A stretch of DNA of 64,000 bases. Source: a virus. The stretch spans positions 1 to 64,000 of IMG/VR virus record IMGVR_UViG_3300009183_000059; one strand, written 5' to 3'. Position 1 is the first letter of the stretch. Every line of letters starts with the position of its first letter. A program made the position numbers and the translations under genes. Below the pieces are notes generated by a model. That model was not told the origin of the DNA. It did no database searches and saw only the letters and a list, made by a program, of their open reading frames with translations. This document shows, piece by piece, positions 14,400 to 24,117 of the stretch.

Positions 14400-16331
14400 A
14401 TGCAAGATGTAATTAAAAATCCATACGAGAACTTTATCGCTCTGAGCCGTTATGCAAGATGGCTACCAGATCAAAACCGTCGTGAAACTTGGGGAGAGAC
14501 AGTAGATCGATTTGTTTTGTATATGACAAATCACCTTAAGAACGATTATAACTATGAACCTTCTGCTAGCCTAACTCTAGAGATTCGTGATGCAATTTTT
14601 AATAGAAACATCATGCCTTCTATGAGAGCTGTGATGACAGCAGGTCAAGCTTTAGATAGAGATAATGTTGCTGGATACAATTGTTCTTTCTTGCCAGTCG
14701 ATTCAATGCGTTCTTTTGACGAAGCAATGTATATCTTGATGTGCGGAACAGGTGTTGGATTTTCAGTAGAGTCAGTTTACATTGACAAGTTACCAATTGT
14801 TAACGAACACTTTGAAAAAACAGATACAACAATTATAGTTGAAGATTCTAAAGCTGGTTGGGCAAAAGCACTTCGTGAACTTCTTGCTTTGTTATGGCAA
14901 GGACAAATTCCTACATGGGATGTTTCGCAGGTACGTCCTGCAGGTGCAAGACTAAAGACATTTGGTGGACGTGCATCTGGTCCAGAACCATTGGTAAATC
15001 TTTTTGAATTTTGTATTACAACAGTTAAGCATGCGGCAGGAAGAAGATTACGTTCGGTAGAAGCACATGACATTATGTGTAAGATTGGTGAAGTAGTTGT
15101 AGTTGGTGGCGTTCGTCGTTCTGCATTAATTTCACTTTCTGATCTTCGTGATACAGACATGGCAAAAGCAAAGTCTGGTGCTTGGTGGGAGGCAACTGGG
15201 CATCGTGCACTTGCAAATAACTCTGTTGCTTATCAAGAGCGTCCATCAATGGCTGATTTTATTGCTGAGTGGAAAAATCTTTATGATTCAAAATCTGGAG
15301 AGCGTGGCATTTACAATGTTAAGGCTGCACAAAAGCAAGCAGCTAAATATGGTCGTAGAGATGAAACAATTCGTTACGGAACTAATCCTTGTTCTGAAAT
15401 TATTTTGCGTCCGTATCAATTTTGCAATCTTTCAGAAATTATTGTCCGTGAAGAGGATGATGAAAAAACATTAACTCGTAAAGTAGAGCTAGCAACCATT
15501 CTTGGGACATGGCAATCAACACTTACTAACTTTAAGTACCTTCGCAAAATCTGGAGAGAAAATACAGAAGAAGAAAGACTACTTGGCGTTTCTATTACTG
15601 GGCAATTTGGAAATCAACTAATGTCTGGCAAGAAAGGCATGGACAAACTTTCTAAGGTTTTGAATTCACTAAGAGAGATTGCTGTATCTACAAACGTTGA
15701 AGAGGCTGGAAAGATTGGTATTAATCCTTCTGCAGCAGTTACTTGCGTTAAGCCTTCAGGAACTGTTTCACAGCTCACTGGAGTATCTTCTGGTATGCAC
15801 CCATGGCACAACGAATATTACATCCGTACAGTCCGTGGAGACAAGAAAGATCCGCTAACTCAATTTTTAATGGAGGCAGGAGTTCCAGCAGAAGATGACT
15901 TTATGAATCCTACTCAAACAAAAGTATTTTCATTCCCTATCAAAGCTCCAAAGGGTGCTGTATTAAGAAATGATCTTACTGCTATTGAACACTTGAATAT
16001 TTGGCTAACATATCAAAGAGATTGGTGTGAGCATAAGCCTTCTATTACTGTTTCAGTTCGTGATGAAGAGTGGATGGAAGTTGGTTCTTGGGTTTGGGAT
16101 CACTTTGACGAAGTTTCAGGAATTTCGTTCTTGCCATACTCTGACCACACTTACAAGCAAGCCCCTTATCAGGATGCTACAGAGCAGGAATACTTAGACG
16201 CCGTTGCAAAGATGCCAGAAGAAATTCATTGGTCAATGCTAACTCTTTATGAGACAGAAGACTCAACTACTGGAAGTCAAAATCTGGCATGTTCAGCTGA
16301 TGCTGGATGCGAAGTGGTAGACATTAACTAG
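14400..16331 (+). CDS. nrdJ: Class II adenosylcobalamin-dependent ribonucleotide reductase
   Basis: RRETWGETVDR, YNCSF, GTGVGFS, TNPCSEI, FCNLSE, CVKPSGT, C-terminal Cys pair; GAGGAG RBS before ATG 14400. Confidence 0.92.
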   Translation: MQDVIKNPYENFIALSRYARWLPDQNRRETWGETVDRFVLYMTNHLKNDYNYEPSASLTLEIRDAIFNRNIMPSMRAVMTAGQALDRDNVAGYNCSFLPVDSMRSFDEAMYILMCGTGVGFSVESVYIDKLPIVNEHFEKTDTTIIVEDSKAGWAKALRELLALLWQGQIPTWDVSQVRPAGARLKTFGGRASGPEPLVNLFEFCITTVKHAAGRRLRSVEAHDIMCKIGEVVVVGGVRRSALISLSDLRDTDMAKAKSGAWWEATGHRALANNSVAYQERPSMADFIAEWKNLYDSKSGERGIYNVKAAQKQAAKYGRRDETIRYGTNPCSEIILRPYQFCNLSEIIVREEDDEKTLTRKVELATILGTWQSTLTNFKYLRKIWRENTEEERLLGVSITGQFGNQLMSGKKGMDKLSKVLNSLREIAVSTNVEEAGKIGINPSAAVTCVKPSGTVSQLTGVSSGMHPWHNEYYIRTVRGDKKDPLTQFLMEAGVPAEDDFMNPTQTKVFSFPIKAPKGAVLRNDLTAIEHLNIWLTYQRDWCEHKPSITVSVRDEEWMEVGSWVWDHFDEVSGISFLPYSDHTYKQAPYQDATEQEYLDAVAKMPEEIHWSMLTLYETEDSTTGSQNLACSADAGCEVVDIN

Positions 16332-16385
16332 TCTGCCTTTAGCGTTTATATATGCTAAAATTAGATTAATACCACTGGAGCGTAA

Positions 16386-16736
16386 ATGCCATTTTTAACT
16401 AAGAATTTTAATGTAGACGAAGGCGCTACACTGACTTTCACTATCTTTTGGAAAGATCCAAATGATATTCCAATTAATATAACTGGTTATTCCGCAAAAA
16501 TGCAGGCAAGAGATAAGCAAGGCGGAAAGATACTTTGCTTTACTTTAACCCATACAGATGGAATAGCTATAAATGGCCCACTCGGAAGAATTAGCGTAAC
16601 AGTATCTGCAGAAAGAACTACTAAGCTAGTTTATCCAAAGTCATTCTATGATCTAGTTCTCACCGCCCCAGATGGAGTTACCAAGACACGAATTCTTGAA
16701 GGAACACTTAGTGTTTCAAAGGCGGTTACAGTCTAA
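16386..16736 (+). CDS. Ig-like virion/fibre attachment protein (BppU/LtfC N-terminal-like)
   Basis: GATLTFTIFWKD...INITGYSAKMQAR...YDLVL...RILEG pattern; TGcTAAAAT promoter upstream. Confidence 0.65.
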   Translation: MPFLTKNFNVDEGATLTFTIFWKDPNDIPINITGYSAKMQARDKQGGKILCFTLTHTDGIAINGPLGRISVTVSAERTTKLVYPKSFYDLVLTAPDGVTKTRILEGTLSVSKAVTV

Positions 16737-17212
16737 TGGCTGAAATTACGGTTGTAGACAACTCAAACATTATTAATGTCACACAGGTTGACAATCAAGT
16801 AATCCTTTCAGACTCTGGAATTCAAGGTCCATCTGGAAGAACTATTCTTAATGGCTCTGGAGCTCCCGCTGACGGAGTTGGAGTAACTGGAGACTTCTAT
16901 TTTGACGTAGTTTCAAATAAGTTCTACGGACCTAAGCTCACAGACAACTCTTGGCTTAACGCCAAATCTATAATTCTTACACAAGAGGTTTCAGAAAAGA
17001 TTTCCTGGAGCCTTGCCCAAGTTAGTTCTACCCCTGATGCAGATGGCTATTACACAGTCACTCTTACTACATCTTTAGTTTTCCAGCCAAATGTTACAGT
17101 TATTGATAGCGGCGGCAATGCATTCGAAACTGGAGTACAGTATAATGAGAGTAATAAAACTGTGAAGCTTTTCATGACTTCTAGGTTTTCTGGGACAGCC
17201 TACCTGTCCTAA
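16736..17212 (+). CDS. Virion structural/fibre protein
   Basis: ILNGSGAP...GVTGDFYFD...FYGPK motif; C-terminal FSGTAYL. Confidence 0.7.
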   Translation: MAEITVVDNSNIINVTQVDNQVILSDSGIQGPSGRTILNGSGAPADGVGVTGDFYFDVVSNKFYGPKLTDNSWLNAKSIILTQEVSEKISWSLAQVSSTPDADGYYTVTLTTSLVFQPNVTVIDSGGNAFETGVQYNESNKTVKLFMTSRFSGTAYLS

Positions 17213-17225
17213 AGGGAGATAAAAA

Positions 17226-18521
17226 ATGGCTAGACAGTTTCTTATAGACATTGATTTAAAGCAAAATGAATTACGCAATGCCGTAATCCATAACCTAGGC
17301 ACAGCCCCACTAAGCGGAAAAGCTGGACAGGTTTATTACAACACTGCATCAAATCAACTATTCTTCCACAATGGAACTAGCTGGCAATCAGCTGGTCAGA
17401 TTAGTATCACACTCGGCGGAGATTTAAGTGGTACAGCTTCTACAAACGCATCAGGTCAAATAACTCTTAATGCAACAATTGAACCAAACTCCGTTGCTCT
17501 CGGCACAGATACTTCTGGAAATTATGTTGCAACACTTTCTTCAACAGACTCACATTTAACTATTGCAAACTCTGGAACAGAGACTGCAGCTGTAACAATT
17601 GTTACAAACGCAACAGCGCTAAATACAGCTTCAGCAATAGTATCTAGAAATTCAAATGGCGATTTTGCTGCTGGAACAATTACAGCTAACTTAACTGGTA
17701 ATGTAACTGGAAATCTAACTGGAGACGTTAAGAATACAGATGGCACAACCATCTTGGATTCTGGAAACTCTAATGCTAGAGCAGTATTTACTGGAGATGT
17801 TTCTGGAAATGCTTCTACAGCAGATACCTTATTAGTAGCACGTAAAATTGAACTTGATGGTGACGTCAAGGGAGAAGTTAATTTTAATGGATCTCAGAAT
17901 GTAGTAATTACAACCGCAATTCAACCAAACTCAGTAGCACTTGGAACTGATACAACTGGAAATTATGTAGCTGGAATTTCTGGAACTACTAACCAGATTT
18001 CAGTAACTGGCTCAGGTTCTGAGTCTGCAGCAGTAACAATAGGTTTACCAGATAACGTAGAAGTTGTTGGAAACTTACAGGTTGGCGGAAACTTAAATGT
18101 TGTTGGAACAGTTAACTCAGTTAATACAACTCAAGTCAACATTGTCGATAACAAGATTAATCTTAATACATCTTTCACTGGAGTTCCTACAACAGATGCT
18201 GGAATTCGTGTAGAGCGTGGAGATGCCGCTGATGTTGAAGTTTTATGGAATGAAACTGATGACAAGTGGACACTTACAAATGATGGATCTAACTACCACC
18301 ATATTGTTAGAAAATATGCAGAGACACTTTCAACCTCACTTGCTACCTACACTATTTCACACATGTTAGGTTCACAAGATGTTGTAGTTCAAGTATTTGA
18401 AACAGGCGGTTCTAAAGAGCAAGTAGAAGTTGGAGTAGAGCATTTTTCTCCGACACAAGTTAAACTACAGTTTGCTACCGCACCAACAGCTGGAGCTTAT
18501 AGAGTCGTAATCACTGGATAA
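17226..18521 (+). CDS. Tail fibre protein
   Basis: Repeated PNSVALGTDT(S/T)GNYVA, ARKIELDGDVKG, AGIRVERG motifs. Confidence 0.75.
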   Translation: MARQFLIDIDLKQNELRNAVIHNLGTAPLSGKAGQVYYNTASNQLFFHNGTSWQSAGQISITLGGDLSGTASTNASGQITLNATIEPNSVALGTDTSGNYVATLSSTDSHLTIANSGTETAAVTIVTNATALNTASAIVSRNSNGDFAAGTITANLTGNVTGNLTGDVKNTDGTTILDSGNSNARAVFTGDVSGNASTADTLLVARKIELDGDVKGEVNFNGSQNVVITTAIQPNSVALGTDTTGNYVAGISGTTNQISVTGSGSESAAVTIGLPDNVEVVGNLQVGGNLNVVGTVNSVNTTQVNIVDNKINLNTSFTGVPTTDAGIRVERGDAADVEVLWNETDDKWTLTNDGSNYHHIVRKYAETLSTSLATYTISHMLGSQDVVVQVFETGGSKEQVEVGVEHFSPTQVKLQFATAPTAGAYRVVITG

Positions 18522-18532
18522 GGAGTTAGTAT

Positions 18533-18787
18533 ATGTCATCTATAAAAAGACTAGTACCACTTCATGCAGTTGAATTATCAACAGACCCAGCCAATGGAAG
18601 AATTGGCGATATTTATTATAATAGTGCTGTAAAAGAATTAAGATTTTATGATGGAAGCTCATGGCAACCTGCTGGTGGAGCACTTAGTGGTATTTTAGAT
18701 CACGTACACACTTATGATGGAGAAATTTATTCTGTAGAAAATGTTCAAATTCCAAATCCAGGATTTATTGATGGCGGAGATGCATAA
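18533..18787 (+). CDS. Small fibre-associated protein
   Basis: GDIYYNS...LRFYDGSSW, IDGG end motif. Confidence 0.65.
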   Translation: MSSIKRLVPLHAVELSTDPANGRIGDIYYNSAVKELRFYDGSSWQPAGGALSGILDHVHTYDGEIYSVENVQIPNPGFIDGGDA

Positions 18788-19989
18788 TGTCATCAGTTAT
18801 AAGATTACGAAGAGGAACATCTGCTCAATGGGCAACATCAACAATAGTTCTTGCTACCGCTGAACTTGGTTTAGATACAACTTTAAATAAATTAAAAGTT
18901 GGAAATGGCATGTATACATGGCCAAATCTTCCTTTTATAAATGTTCTACCTTCAGAGCTTGCTGAACTATCTCAAGATGCTATAAATAGCGCTTTAGTCA
19001 TGGGACTACATATGTCAAAGACATATGACGATGCTGCAAATACAATAACAATTGCCTCTACTCTTACAAATGTAGATAATACATCTGATGCAAATAAGCC
19101 TATATCTACAGCCACCGCAACCGCATTAAATCTTAAAGCACCATTAGCAAATCCAGCATTAACGGGAATACCAACTGCTCCAACTGCAACGGATACAACT
19201 AATACAACACAGATTGCAACAACAGAGTTTGTTAAAACTGCCGTCGCAAATCTTGTTAACTCAGCGCCAGAAGCATTAAATACTCTTAAAGAATTATCAG
19301 ATGCACTGGGTGCCGATTCAAATTATGCAAGCACAATATCTACTGCTTTAGGACTAAAAGCTCCTTTAGCTTCACCAACATTTAGCGGAACAGTATCTTT
19401 ACCATCGAATACATCTATTGGGACAGTTAGCTCAACAGAAATTGGATATGTATATGGTGTTACATCATCAATTCAGAATCAAATAAATTTAAAATCTCCA
19501 CTAGCAAATCCAACATTTACTGGAACAGTAAATGGTATTACAAAAACAATGGTTGGCCTAGGAAATGTAGATAATACTTCAGATTTAGATAAACCAGTAT
19601 CATCTGCAGCTTCACTTTTGCTTGGACAACTACAAACATCACTAACGGATGGACTTGCAGCTAAAGTTGATAAGGCAACTATCCCATCAATTAAATCTGA
19701 TACAGCATATACAATTAGCAATCAAACAGATAGATATAATAGACTTGAATTTGATTCTTCATCACCAATTACTGTAACTATTCCAACAAATTTAAATGAT
19801 CCTTGGCCAGTAGGTTCAAGCTGTGAAATTATGCAGGCTGGAACTGGGAAAATTACTGTAGTTGGTCAATCTGGTGTAACTTTAAATGCACCAGACAATC
19901 AATTTAAAACCAGAGTTCAGTGGAGCACACTTATCCTTGAAAAAAGAAGCCAAAATAGTTGGCTAGTATCGGGAGACTCTGATCTATAA
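18787..19989 (+). CDS. Tail fibre with Mtd/hyaluronidase-type N-terminal domain
   Basis: IRLRRGTSAQW...ELGLDTTLNKLKVGNG; NVDNTSDxxKP, KAPLASPTF, LNTLKELSDALG repeats; C-terminal QAGTGKITV...WLVSGD. Confidence 0.8.
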   Translation: MSSVIRLRRGTSAQWATSTIVLATAELGLDTTLNKLKVGNGMYTWPNLPFINVLPSELAELSQDAINSALVMGLHMSKTYDDAANTITIASTLTNVDNTSDANKPISTATATALNLKAPLANPALTGIPTAPTATDTTNTTQIATTEFVKTAVANLVNSAPEALNTLKELSDALGADSNYASTISTALGLKAPLASPTFSGTVSLPSNTSIGTVSSTEIGYVYGVTSSIQNQINLKSPLANPTFTGTVNGITKTMVGLGNVDNTSDLDKPVSSAASLLLGQLQTSLTDGLAAKVDKATIPSIKSDTAYTISNQTDRYNRLEFDSSSPITVTIPTNLNDPWPVGSSCEIMQAGTGKITVVGQSGVTLNAPDNQFKTRVQWSTLILEKRSQNSWLVSGDSDL

Positions 19990-21392
19990 TGGGATTATCA
20001 AGAAAAAAAAGAAACATTGTATCTTCAAGGTTAAAAGCTTTTGTATTCTTTCAAGATAGTTTTAATAATTATTTTAAAGGCGGATGGAAATTTAGAAGAG
20101 GTGAATGGGTAGCCCAGACATCTAAAGCAAGCACTGCATATAGCTCTTCTCTTTATCCAATGGCTTCAGTCCCAATGAAAGATACAAATGTAACTATTTC
20201 TATTAAAGACCCAGGCGTTGGTGCAGGTGCCGCTCTTTGGGTTACAGACGATGGAAACTGGTATGGACTAGTATCTTCACAAACATTAAGTTCTGGAACT
20301 GGTGGATGTGTTTCTGCAAACCCATACAATCCTTGTGGATCTACAAATCCATGCCAACCAACTGGAGGTAATTGCGTCTCATCTGGTGGAAATTGTATTG
20401 CTACTGGAGGATGCTCTGGAACTGGCGGAAACTGCGTGGCAACTGGTGGTGAGTATTGTTGTGAATATCCAGAGTGCGTAGCAACTGGAGGAACCTGTAA
20501 TCAAACTGGCGGAAACTGCATAAGCTCAGGAGGTAATTGTAATACTGGTGGTGGTAATTGTAATACAGGAGGCGGTAACTGTCGCTCTGCTACTGGCGGA
20601 AACTGTAATGCAGGAACTGGAGGAAATTGTAGAACCTTTGGTAACTGCCTGATTTACGGTAGCTATTATATATCTTGTTGTAAATCATACAATCCATATA
20701 ACCCATGTCCTAGCGTTAATCCATATAATCCATGTCCTAGCGTTAATCCATACAACCCTTGTGTAAGTATAAATCCATATAACCCATGCGTAAGTATTAA
20801 TCCCTATCAGGCTTGTAATGGACTTAACCCATATAATCCATGTGCAAACGTCAACCCATATAATCCATGTGGGGCTACTAGATATGTTCAAGTTTATTAT
20901 GCAATAGATCCATGTGGAGCAACAAACCCATATAATCCATGTGGATCTTCAAACCCATATAATCCATGTGCTGGAACAAACCCATATAATCCATGTGCTG
21001 GAACAAACCCATATAATCCATGTGGGGCTGGTGGAAATTGTTCTGGAACTGGCGGAAGTTGTAATTCTTATGCAAATACATATCCAAGATACCTACAATT
21101 TATTAAATTTACATCAAATGTAGCAACTACACTTTTTACAATGACACTAGACGCTGTAACAAGCTATACTCAGATGAGAGGGTTAAAAGTACAAGTTTCA
21201 AATTCAACAAAAGGCGGAACCACAGCCACTATTACGGCTAAAGCATACTCTGATACCGCCATGGTTACGCAGATTGGTCCTGACTTGATATATAACGCAA
21301 CAGGTGTTAATATTATAGCTAACTACGGAATAGTTGTTTCTCCAAGCAGCTATAACGAAGATAAGTCACTTGGGGAAATTACAATATCGTAA
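19989..21392 (+). CDS. Fibre-associated protein with mirror-symmetric 34-Cys GGNC/NPYNPC insert in a beta-rich scaffold
   Basis: Direct reading of the translation; coupled (TAATG) to the fibre gene. Confidence 0.85.
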   Translation: MGLSRKKRNIVSSRLKAFVFFQDSFNNYFKGGWKFRRGEWVAQTSKASTAYSSSLYPMASVPMKDTNVTISIKDPGVGAGAALWVTDDGNWYGLVSSQTLSSGTGGCVSANPYNPCGSTNPCQPTGGNCVSSGGNCIATGGCSGTGGNCVATGGEYCCEYPECVATGGTCNQTGGNCISSGGNCNTGGGNCNTGGGNCRSATGGNCNAGTGGNCRTFGNCLIYGSYYISCCKSYNPYNPCPSVNPYNPCPSVNPYNPCVSINPYNPCVSINPYQACNGLNPYNPCANVNPYNPCGATRYVQVYYAIDPCGATNPYNPCGSSNPYNPCAGTNPYNPCAGTNPYNPCGAGGNCSGTGGSCNSYANTYPRYLQFIKFTSNVATTLFTMTLDAVTSYTQMRGLKVQVSNSTKGGTTATITAKAYSDTAMVTQIGPDLIYNATGVNIIANYGIVVSPSSYNEDKSLGEITIS

Positions 21393-21402
21393 GGAGTATA
21401 CT

Positions 21403-21621
21403 ATGACAATTGATATCCCAGCATGGGACAGGGTTTCAGTAGGAGAACCTGCACCAACAATCCCATTTGCATTAATTTTAGATGGAGTCGTACAGCAAGT
21501 AATGAATACAAACGTAACAACAGCATCTCTTCTTTTAGAAAACCCACAAATTATTAGAACTAATGATTACACTGTTGTTGGCGATACAGCTGATTCAGCA
21601 GTTTTTGTACAGCCAGCTTAA
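21403..21621 (+). CDS. Small protein, paralogue of 22327-22635 (start revised)
   Basis: AAGGAG RBS before ATG 21403; ALILDGVVQQVM...LLLENPQII. Confidence 0.75.
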   Translation: MTIDIPAWDRVSVGEPAPTIPFALILDGVVQQVMNTNVTTASLLLENPQIIRTNDYTVVGDTADSAVFVQPA

Positions 21622-21652
21622 TTAGCAAAACTTTAATAGAATAGAGCAGTAA

Positions 21653-22330
21653 ATGAAAATAATAAAGTTCATTCCTTTTGGCGGGAGGAAAAAACTTATG
21701 CCACCATCTGTTTCAAAAATACCACAATGGTGGAGAGATGGGGAGTTAGTTTTATCCCAAGGTGAACCTGGACTAAAATCGTGTGTTCCTTTTATGGAAG
21801 TTATGATGTCTGGATATACAATAAATCTGCCGTTTGATTTGTTTGTTTCTAAAAATGAAGAAGGAAACACTAGCATAAAATGGAATGCTCCAGGTCATAA
21901 TGGCTGGCCAAATTTTATTGAAGAAAGACCAAAAGAACTTGGAGAGACTATTCCAAGGCCAGCAGGTCATTTACCAAATGGTTTTATTTGGGCTGGTCAG
22001 TGGTCGTGGAAAACTCCAAAAGGATATAGTGCTTTAGTTACTCATCCATTTAATAGGTTTGATTTACCATTCACCACTTTGTCAGCTACAATGGACGCCG
22101 ATAAATTTTATGGCAATGGAAATGTTCCGTTTTTCCTTAAAGAAGATTTTCAAGGAGTAATTCCTGCTGGAACACCAATAATTCAAATTTTCCCTTACAA
22201 AAGAGATAAATGGAAGTCTTGGGTAGATGATTCTGAGCTAGAACGTATAAACGAAAAACAATTAATAAATCTAAGAACTCCTGAAGGATCATATAAAAAA
22301 AGATTTTGGGTAAAAAAGGTGTATGAATGA
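21653..22330 (+). CDS. DUF6065-related (dUTPase-like fold) protein 1
   Basis: KSCVPF...GY, TPKGYSALVTHPFNR, LSATMDAD, IPAGTPIIQIFPYKR. Confidence 0.65.
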   Translation: MKIIKFIPFGGRKKLMPPSVSKIPQWWRDGELVLSQGEPGLKSCVPFMEVMMSGYTINLPFDLFVSKNEEGNTSIKWNAPGHNGWPNFIEERPKELGETIPRPAGHLPNGFIWAGQWSWKTPKGYSALVTHPFNRFDLPFTTLSATMDADKFYGNGNVPFFLKEDFQGVIPAGTPIIQIFPYKRDKWKSWVDDSELERINEKQLINLRTPEGSYKKRFWVKKVYE

Positions 22331-22635
22331 TATTTAGAAAAAAAAATAAGATTGAAAAAATCAACCCAAAAATAGATGATTTTAAACAGCCAAAAAATTA
22401 TCATAGCCCCATAAAAACATATTCTATTGCTTTAGTTCTGGACAATGAGGTCCAGGATATAATTAGAACAGAGGAAAGACTTTGGGCAATGCTAATGAGC
22501 AACCCACTGATAATAGATATAACAGACCTTGAAACAAGACCAGGTTTAAACTGGGAATACAATGAAGAAACAGGAGAGTTTACAAATCCAAATGCGATTC
22601 AGCCCAACAACAAAGAAGATCAAAGCCTTATCTGA
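22327..22635 (+). CDS. Small protein, paralogue of 21403-21621, fibre-chaperone-like
   Basis: ALVLDNEVQDII...MLMSNPLII...GLNWEYNEETGEFTNP. Confidence 0.75.
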   Translation: MIFRKKNKIEKINPKIDDFKQPKNYHSPIKTYSIALVLDNEVQDIIRTEERLWAMLMSNPLIIDITDLETRPGLNWEYNEETGEFTNPNAIQPNNKEDQSLI

Positions 22636-23272
22636 AGATATTTATGTAGACTGGGAAAAACCAAGTCCATCATCAAAAGAAATACCAGACTGGTTTAAAA
22701 AAATTCAATCAGTAGATGATGAACATCATGATATGACTATTAAAAAGTGTATACCAGTTTTGGATACGCTTACAATAGGATATGTATTTAAAACTTCTGC
22801 AGATGTGATATATGATGACAGATATAAGAGATTTCTTGACAACGGTGTTGGTGATGTTGTTACTCATCATCCATCATTTCAAATAGAAAATATGGAGATA
22901 GACAGTAATCTTGACCCAATTCCATTTAAATGGATAAATAAATTTTTTTGGCAAACCCCAAAAGGATACAGCACTCTTTTTACACATCCTTTAAATAGAA
23001 CAGATTTGCCGTTTCAGACTCTTTCTGGAGTAGTAGATACAGATGATTTTCCTTTATCTGTCCAGTTTCCGTTTTTTATAAAAAAGGGATTTTCTGGATT
23101 AATTCCTGCTGGTACTCCAATAATTCAAGCAATACCTTTTAAAAGAGATAATTGGGAGCTAGAATTTCCAGATCAAGATAGATCTTATGAGTATGAAGAA
23201 TTTTGGAATTGGTTTAATCCACCAATGGCTAAGTATAAAAAACAGTTCTGGAAGAGAAAGACTTATAAATGA
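22592..23272 (+). CDS. DUF6065-related protein 2 (start 22562 or 22592)
   Basis: KKCIPV...GY, TPKGYSTLFTHPLNR, LSGVVDTD, IPAGTPIIQAIPFKR. Confidence 0.65.
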   Translation: MRFSPTTKKIKALSEDIYVDWEKPSPSSKEIPDWFKKIQSVDDEHHDMTIKKCIPVLDTLTIGYVFKTSADVIYDDRYKRFLDNGVGDVVTHHPSFQIENMEIDSNLDPIPFKWINKFFWQTPKGYSTLFTHPLNRTDLPFQTLSGVVDTDDFPLSVQFPFFIKKGFSGLIPAGTPIIQAIPFKRDNWELEFPDQDRSYEYEEFWNWFNPPMAKYKKQFWKRKTYK

Positions 23273-24117
23273 AAAATGGGTCAAAAAGTCCATGGGAAAT
23301 CTTTAAATCTAAAAAGATTGAAAAAATATCTTTAGAGGATGAGATAAAAAAAGATTATATCAACGACGATAATTTTCTTGTCCCAGAAAAAACTTTGGCT
23401 TTCTATGCAACTAAAGATACTAGGCATAATCTTTCTGACGTAATAGAAAGTCTGGTAGGCCATCCAAATAGAGATTGGTTTTCAATAACAGCATTTTCTT
23501 TTTGTCTGCCTTTAACAATAGCAAATCAGTATGGTTTTGTTGTAAAATCAAATTGGGATGCAGAGATATTTTGGGATGGCAATATAGAAAATCCACCAGA
23601 AATTAAATCTGAAGGATGGCAAAATCATGAATCTATACAGCCTTTATTAGGAGATTTTGCAAATGGAATAATTACACTAGAAAATAAATTTATTGTAAGG
23701 ACCCCAAGGGATACAAATTTAATGATAATGCAGCCACCAAATTATTTTATTCCAGGGCTACATACTATGAGCGCTGTTGTCGAATCAGATAATCTTAGAA
23801 GAAATTTTACCTTTAATATAAAAGTAACTGAGCCAAATAAGACCATAAATATTAAAAAGGGTGACTGGCTTGCAGCCTTTATACCAATCCCAAGATTCTA
23901 TGTAGATATGTTTAAGATGAAGGATGCCTTTGATTTGTTTGGTGAAGAGGTTATAAAAAATGAGCTAGAATCCATGCATAAGCTTGGATGGGAAAGAAAT
24001 AATCAAGATTATGATAAAATTAATGGTTCAGGAAGAAGATATTTTAAAGGTAAGCATGTAAATGAAACAATGTATAGAAATCATCAAAAGAGGGCGGGTT
24101 CAATAAATGGACAATAA
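23269..24117 (+). CDS. DUF6065 family protein 3
   Basis: FCLPLTIANQYGF, RTP...PPNY, SAVVESD, FTFNIK, KKGDWLAAFIPIPR. Confidence 0.7.
   Translation: MKNGSKSPWEIFKSKKIEKISLEDEIKKDYINDDNFLVPEKTLAFYATKDTRHNLSDVIESLVGHPNRDWFSITAFSFCLPLTIANQYGFVVKSNWDAEIFWDGNIENPPEIKSEGWQNHESIQPLLGDFANGIITLENKFIVRTPRDTNLMIMQPPNYFIPGLHTMSAVVESDNLRRNFTFNIKVTEPNKTINIKKGDWLAAFIPIPRFYVDMFKMKDAFDLFGEEVIKNELESMHKLGWERNNQDYDKINGSGRRYFKGKHVNETMYRNHQKRAGSINGQ

Noticed and set aside
20690-21025. 27-bp periodic AACCCATATAATCCATGT repeats resembling a CRISPR or mini-array
   Set aside because: Repeats are in frame, vary at synonymous positions and encode NPYNPC; there are no unique spacers of CRISPR length and no cas genes.
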